Position numbers and translations under genes: made by a program | DNA from: Rectinema sp. | Lineage (GTDB): Bacteria; Spirochaetota; Spirochaetia; Treponematales; Rectinemataceae | Assembly: GCA_039679665.1 (NCBI GenBank) | Contig: JBDKUJ010000136.1 | Coordinates: 1-25,854 of the forward strand | Length of the DNA stretch: 25,854 nt | Direction of reading: 5' to 3' | Shown: one piece after another, positions 25,143 to 25,854 of the stretch | Layout: each line of letters starts with the position of its first letter | Position numbering within the stretch: the stretch's first letter is position 1 | Notes under the pieces: generated by a model | What the model was told of the DNA's origin: nothing | What the model saw: only the letters and a program-made list of their open reading frames with translations | Database searches by the model: none

Positions 25143-25854
25143 GGCAGTTCCTGGATGCTGCGCAGGCGGCCTACGGTGACGCGGGCGCCCAGGCGGCGGC
25201 GCGGGCGCTGGAATGGACCAAGTCGAAACACGGGGCCGCTGTGCGCGCGTCGGGGGAACCCGCCTGGGCGCACGATCTCCGGGTGGCCGAGACTTTGCTC
25301 GACATGGGTATGGACCTCGATTCGGTGCTTGCCGGTCTCGTGCATGATACGTGCGAAGGTCGTGGCGGCGTCGACGATTCGGAGCCACAGACCTTGCCGC
25401 CGGCGGATCTTGAGTTCGGACCCGAGTCCGATGGGGCCGCCGAAGACAAGGCGCACGGCCCGCAAAACCCGCAAATCTCCGCGAATCTGCCGCGCCCGTC
25501 GAGTCCGCTGAGCCCCCCAAACCCGCTGCATGCGGGTACGGCGGGCGCCTCCGATGCCCTGGCGGCGCCCGCAGGCTCGAAACGCCCGCTCCGTCCCGTC
25601 CATGCCGCGCATCCCGGCCAGCGCAACCTCGTTCTGGATGCGCGCCGTCGCGCCCTGGCCGCCGTTCCCGACCCCGAAATCGCCGGGCGCTTCGGCGAGG
25701 AAACGGCCAAACTGGTCGCGGGCGTTTCCCGCCTGTCCTCGGTACGGGCCAAGAACAAAACGGTGCAGGCCGCGGAAACGATGCGCAAGATGCTGTTCGC
25801 CATGACCGGCGACATCCGCGTCATCATCGTCAAGCTCGCCGACAAGCTCGACAG
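25127..25854 (+). CDS. rel: RelA/SpoT homologue, N-terminal HD hydrolase region (truncated by the window end)
   Basis: Missing from the ORF track. Manual translation from the ATG at 25127 (GGAGG SD at 25113-25117) gives MDDKLRQFL...RASGEPAWAH...LAGLVHDTCE...EIAGRFGEETAKLVAGVSRLS...AETMRKMLFAMTGDIRVIIVKLADKLD, diagnostic of long RSH enzymes. Confidence 0.93.
   Translation, partial: MDDKLRQFLDAAQAAYGDAGAQAAARALEWTKSKHGAAVRASGEPAWAHDLRVAETLLDMGMDLDSVLAGLVHDTCEGRGGVDDSEPQTLPPADLEFGPESDGAAEDKAHGPQNPQISANLPRPSSPLSPPNPLHAGTAGASDALAAPAGSKRPLRPVHAAHPGQRNLVLDARRRALAAVPDPEIAGRFGEETAKLVAGVSRLSSVRAKNKTVQAAETMRKMLFAMTGDIRVIIVKLADKLD

Noticed and set aside
25358-25675. Intein or mobile element as the source of the Rel insertion
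   Set aside because: There are no intein splice-junction residues or homing endonuclease motifs, and no terminal inverted repeats or target-site duplication were seen.

Overview
GC-rich bacterial chromosomal window, most likely from a free-living or Treponema-related Spirochaetota. This is inferred from the type-2 IleRS, the spirochaete-style lipobox and the rpsP-khpA-rimM-trmD-rplS order. From left to right it holds: a 5' fragment of an acidic helical lipoprotein (-); an RsiV/DUF3298-like protein (+); an MFS transporter coupled to ileS (-); a 7-gene minus-strand envelope operon (membrane protein, wHTH regulator, LolD-like ATPase, two FtsX/LolE-like permeases, LolA-like protein, beta-barrel outer-membrane protein); a divergent DUF4097 gene; a long-chain acyl-CoA ligase; dus; the rpsP operon with a terminator; a yraN cluster; serS divergent from prfA-prmC-rel (rel truncated). 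I found no tRNA, rRNA, CRISPR array or mobile element. The most interesting items are the uncharacterised trans-envelope Lol-like operon with its palindromic promoter region, a Rel/SpoT hydrolase domain split by a ~100-aa insertion and carrying active-site substitutions, a mirror-symmetric and apparently SD-less serS/prfA promoter pair, and several short in-frame tandem duplications. All family calls come from motif recognition by eye, not from database searches.
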